Source: Nemertoderma westbladi
Taxonomy: Eukaryota; Animalia; Xenacoelomorpha
Direction: 5' to 3'
Length of the DNA: 40,727 nucleotides
Assembly: GCA_032718475.1 (NCBI GenBank)
Contig: JAUCBJ010005296.1
Location: 1 to 40,727 of the forward strand
Part shown: piece after piece, positions 36,748-40,727 of the stretch
Layout of the letters: each line of letters starts with the position of its first letter
Numbering within the stretch: the stretch's first letter is position 1
Translations under genes and position numbers: made by a program
The notes under the pieces: model-generated
What the model was told of the DNA's origin: nothing
Databases searched by the model: none
The model's input: the letters and a program-made list of their open reading frames with translations, nothing else

Positions 36748-39608
36748 GTTGTTAGATAAACCGAGTACGACGTTCGTTAGATAAACCGAGTACGAAGTTG
36801 TCAGATAAACCGAGTACGAAGTTGTCAGATAAACCGAGTACGAATTGGTCAGATAAACCGAGTACGAAGTTGTCAGATAAACCGAGTACGACGTTGTCAG
36901 ATAAACCGAGTACGAAGTTGTCAGATAAACCGAGTACGACGTTGTCAGATAAACCGAGTACGAAGTTGTCAGATAAACCGAGTACGACGTTGTCAGATAA
37001 ACCGAGTACGAAGTTGTCAGATAAACCGAGTACGAATTGGTCAGATAAACCGAGTACGAAGTTGTCAGATAAACCGAGTACGACGTTGTCAGATAAACCG
37101 AGTACGACGTTGTCAGATAAACCGAGTACGACGTTGTCAGAGAAACCGAGTACGAAGTTGTCAGATAAACCGAGTACGACGTTGTCAGATAAACCGACTA
37201 CGAAGTTGTCACATAAACCGAGTACGAAGTTGTCAGATAAACCGAGTACGACGTTGTCAGATAAACCGAGTACGACGTTGTCAGATAAACCGAGTACGAC
37301 GTTGTCAGATAAACCAAGTACGAAGTTGTCAGATAAACCGAGTACGAAGTTGTCAGATAAACCGAGTACGAAGTTGTCAGAAAATCCGAGTACGAAGTTG
37401 CCAGATAAACCGAGTACGAAGTTGTCAGATATACCGAGTACGAAGTTGTCAGATAAACCGAGTACGAAGTTGTCAGATAATCCGAGTAAGAAGTTGTCAG
37501 ATAAACCGAGTACGAAGTTGTCAGATAAACCGAGTACGAAGTAGCCAGATAAACCGAGTACGAAGTTGTCAGATAAACCGAGTACGAAGTTGTCAGATAT
37601 ACCGAGTACGAAGTTGTCAGATAAACCGAGTACGAAGTTGTCAGATAATCCGAGTAAGAAGTTGTCAGATAAACCGAGTACGAAGTAGCCAGATAAACCG
37701 AGTACGAAGTTGTCAGATAAACCGAGTACGAATTGGTCAGATAAACCGAGTACGAAGTTGTCAGATAAACCGAGTACGAAGTTGTCAGCTAAACCGAGTA
37801 CGAAGTTATCAGATAAACCAAGTACGAAGTTGTCAGATAAACCGAGTACGAAGTTGTCAGATAAACCGAGTACGAAGTTGTCAGATAATCCGAGTACGAA
37901 GTTGTCAGATAAACCGAGTACGAAGTAGCCAGATAAACCGAGTACGAAGTTGTCAGATAAACCGAGTACGAAGTTGTCAGATAATCCGAGTAAGAAGTTG
38001 TCAGATAAACCGAGTACGAAGTTGTCAGATAAACCGAGTACGAAGTTGTCAGATAAACCGAGTACGAAGTTGTCAGCTAAACCGAGTACGAAGTTATCAG
38101 ATAAACCAAGTACGAAGTTGTCAGATAAACCGAGTACGAAGTTGTCAGATAAACCGAGTACGAAGTTGTCAGATAATCCGAGTACGAAGTTGTCAGATAA
38201 ACCGAGTACGAAGTAGCCAGATAAACCGAGTACGAAGTTGTCAGATAAACCGAGTACGAAGTTGTCAGATATACCGAGTACGAAGTTGTCAGATAAACCG
38301 AGTACGAAGTTGTCAGATAATACGAGTAAGAAGTTGTCAGATAAACCGAGTACGAAGTTGTCAGATAAACCGAGTACGAAGTAGCCAGATAAACCGAGTA
38401 CGAAGTTGTCAGATAAACCGAGTACGAAGTTGTCAGATAAACCGAGTACGAAGTAGCCAGATAAACCGAGTACGAAGTTGTCAGATAAACCGAGTACGAA
38501 GTTGTCAGATAAACCGAGTACGAAGTTGTCAGATAAACCGAGTACGAAGTTGTCAGATAAACCGAGTACGAAGTTGTCAGATAAACCGAGTACGAAGTTG
38601 TCAGATAAACCAAGTACGAAGTTGTCAGATAAACCAAGTACGAAGTTGTCAGATAAACCGAGTACGAAGTTGTCAGAAAATCCGAGTACGAAGTTGCCAG
38701 ATAAACCGAGTACGAAGTTGTCAGATAAACCGAGTACGAAGTTGTCAGAAAATCCGAGTACGAAGTTGTCAGATAAACCAAGTACGAAGTTGTCAGATAA
38801 ACCAAGTACGAAGTTGTCAGATAAACCGAGTACGAAGTTGTCAGAAAATCCGAGTACGAAGTTGCCAGATAAACCGAGTACGAAGTTGCCAGATAAACCG
38901 AGTACGAAGTTGTCAGATAAACCGAGTACGAAAGTTGTCAGATAAACCGAGTACGAAGTTGTCAGATAAACCGACTATGAAGTTGTCAGATAAACCGAGT
39001 ACGAAGTTTTCAGATAAACCGAGTACGAAGTTGTCAGATAAACCGAGTACGAAGTTGTCAGATAAACCGAGTACGAAGTAGTCAGATAAACCGAGTACGA
39101 AGTTGTCAGATGAACCGAGTACGAAGTTGTCAGATAAACCGAGTACGAAAGTTGTCAGATAAACCGAGTACGAAGTTGTCAGATAAACCGACTATGAAGT
39201 TGTCAGATAAACCGAGTACGAAGTTTTCAGATAAACCGAGTACGAAGTTGTCAGATAAACCGAGTACGAAGTTGTCAGATAAACCGAGTACGAAGTAGTC
39301 AGATAAACCGAGTACGAAGTTGTCAGATGAACCGAGTACGAAGTTGTCAGATAAACCGAGTACGAAAGTTGTCAGATAAACCGAGTACGAAGTTGTCAGA
39401 TAAACCGACTATGAAGTTGTCAGATAAACCGAGTACGAAGTTTTCAGATAAACCGAGTACGAAGTTGTCAGATAAACCGAGTACGAAGTTGTCAGATAAA
39501 CCGAGTACGAAGTAGTCAGATAAACCGAGTACGAAGTTGTCAGATGAACCGAGTACGAAGTTGTCAGATGAACCGAGTACGAAGTTGTCAGATAAACCGA
39601 GTACGAAA
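36748..39608. repeat. Tandem array, 24-bp unit TTGTCAGATAAACCGAGTACGAAG, about 119 copies
   Basis: Read directly. Explains the (LSDKPSTK)n and (VYLTTSYS)n ORFs. Confidence 0.98.
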
Positions 39609-40727
39609 TTGTATCACGATATTCTGTTCCAGTGACAATAGTAACTTTACAACGATAATTTTAAAGGATGATGAATAAATGTTATGTGGGTTGGTGTTGT
39701 TTGGCTGCAGTTGTTAGGCGATGTACCTTACGCTAATAAACCTACACGCAATACACTGCCTTCATTAGTGTCAGAAAATAATCCCGCCTAGTAAAACACA
39801 TAGATTTGTTACTGCAACCGCATCCAAGCATTCTCCCCCCACAGAGGCTTAAATGCAACGGATTATGTCAGCAATTTGTTTTTCCGAGATGTGCTGGCCG
39901 GTCCATTTATATTAAATATTAACTGCAAAGCTCGGCCGAAGGCGTGCTCAACCGCGGCCTTATTGGCAGGTACCGGTTGGTTTATTAGAAAATCCACGAA
40001 ATTGTAAGAGAAGGAAAACAAATTAGGTTGCCGGGTTCAACACAGGAGGTTTTGCAGTGCTCCTTGGGTGCGGCTTGATTGCCCCAGGTATTGCCCACAG
40101 CCGCCCTCCTAGGCAACTCAACCGGGGCGGGCTCACTTCTTAATTTCCTCATCCTTACAGTTGCCCGGCTGCACCAGGTGCCGCCAGCCTTTCAATCCTA
40201 GGTCCCGTTTTCAAACACTCAAACTTGCCTCCATTCGTAAAAGGTTAAATTAACCCAGTAAGTAAGTAGCAGCGTATTCTTGATAATAAACTCAACGGAC
40301 AGTTACCACCCAGCCCGGGAGTAGCAATTTGAAGAAAATGATTTATGGATGAGAGCATTCTAAATCGATATTAACGCTCGTATTCCCCAGCCATGACAAC
40401 TGGAAACGGGACTCGTAACACGATTCACCTCGGAATTCTAACTGATAGAAGAGGGCGGTCGAGGTTCCGGTTTATATTTCGGATAACTCCCAAAGAACAA
40501 GCATCTGGCTCGCAAGTATGCATACAAGAGCACATTAATGATGAATGTCCCGTGTGTGACACTTTATGACAACTCGGAAGACATCAACACCTGATACCTC
40601 TTTCGTCGCTCAGTTATCATTTTTGGGTGTTTTTATATCCGAATACAACATTAAATTGATAATCCAATTAATCTAAACCCAATATTTTGGTTTCTATTAT
40701 TCCTTGACATGACAATGCAAAAAAGTT

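Noticed and set aside
36798-39515. (LSDKPSTK)n mucin- or adhesive-like protein
   Set aside because: Interrupted by TAG variants and +1 frameshifts, and variants show no codon-position bias; it is a satellite.
34139-40727. Upstream stomatin exons (expected ..DLRT..FDVPPQE)
   Set aside because: Scanned the minus strand by eye and found none; they probably lie beyond the window.

Overview
AT-rich eukaryotic (probably invertebrate animal) genomic DNA with GT-AG introns; nothing prokaryotic. It holds two convergent host genes. One is a complete 3-exon TRPC4AP/TRUSS homologue on + (12483-13673, 16573-16991, 17304-18186; about 830 aa). The other is the last three coding exons of a stomatin/MEC-2-like band-7 gene on - (34138-34005, 24376-24172, 21087-20857); its 5' exons were not found in the window. 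The rest is repetitive: five tandem arrays (20, 30, 15, 54 and 24 bp units), two decayed APE-RT LINEs of related RTEX-like families, two further LINE 3' fragments, several non-autonomous DNA transposons with readable target-site duplications (MULE-like 9 bp, hAT-like 8 bp), Helentron/HINE-like and Kolobok-like dispersed repeats, and tRNA-derived SINE-like heads. I cannot support a wholly new biological system here. The most interesting signals are tandem arrays apparently growing out of transposon subterminal motifs, multi-layer nested insertions, and an intron-poor, CpG-rich TRPC4AP with a Cys/His-rich insertion. Protein and TE family assignments rest on recalled motifs, not database searches.
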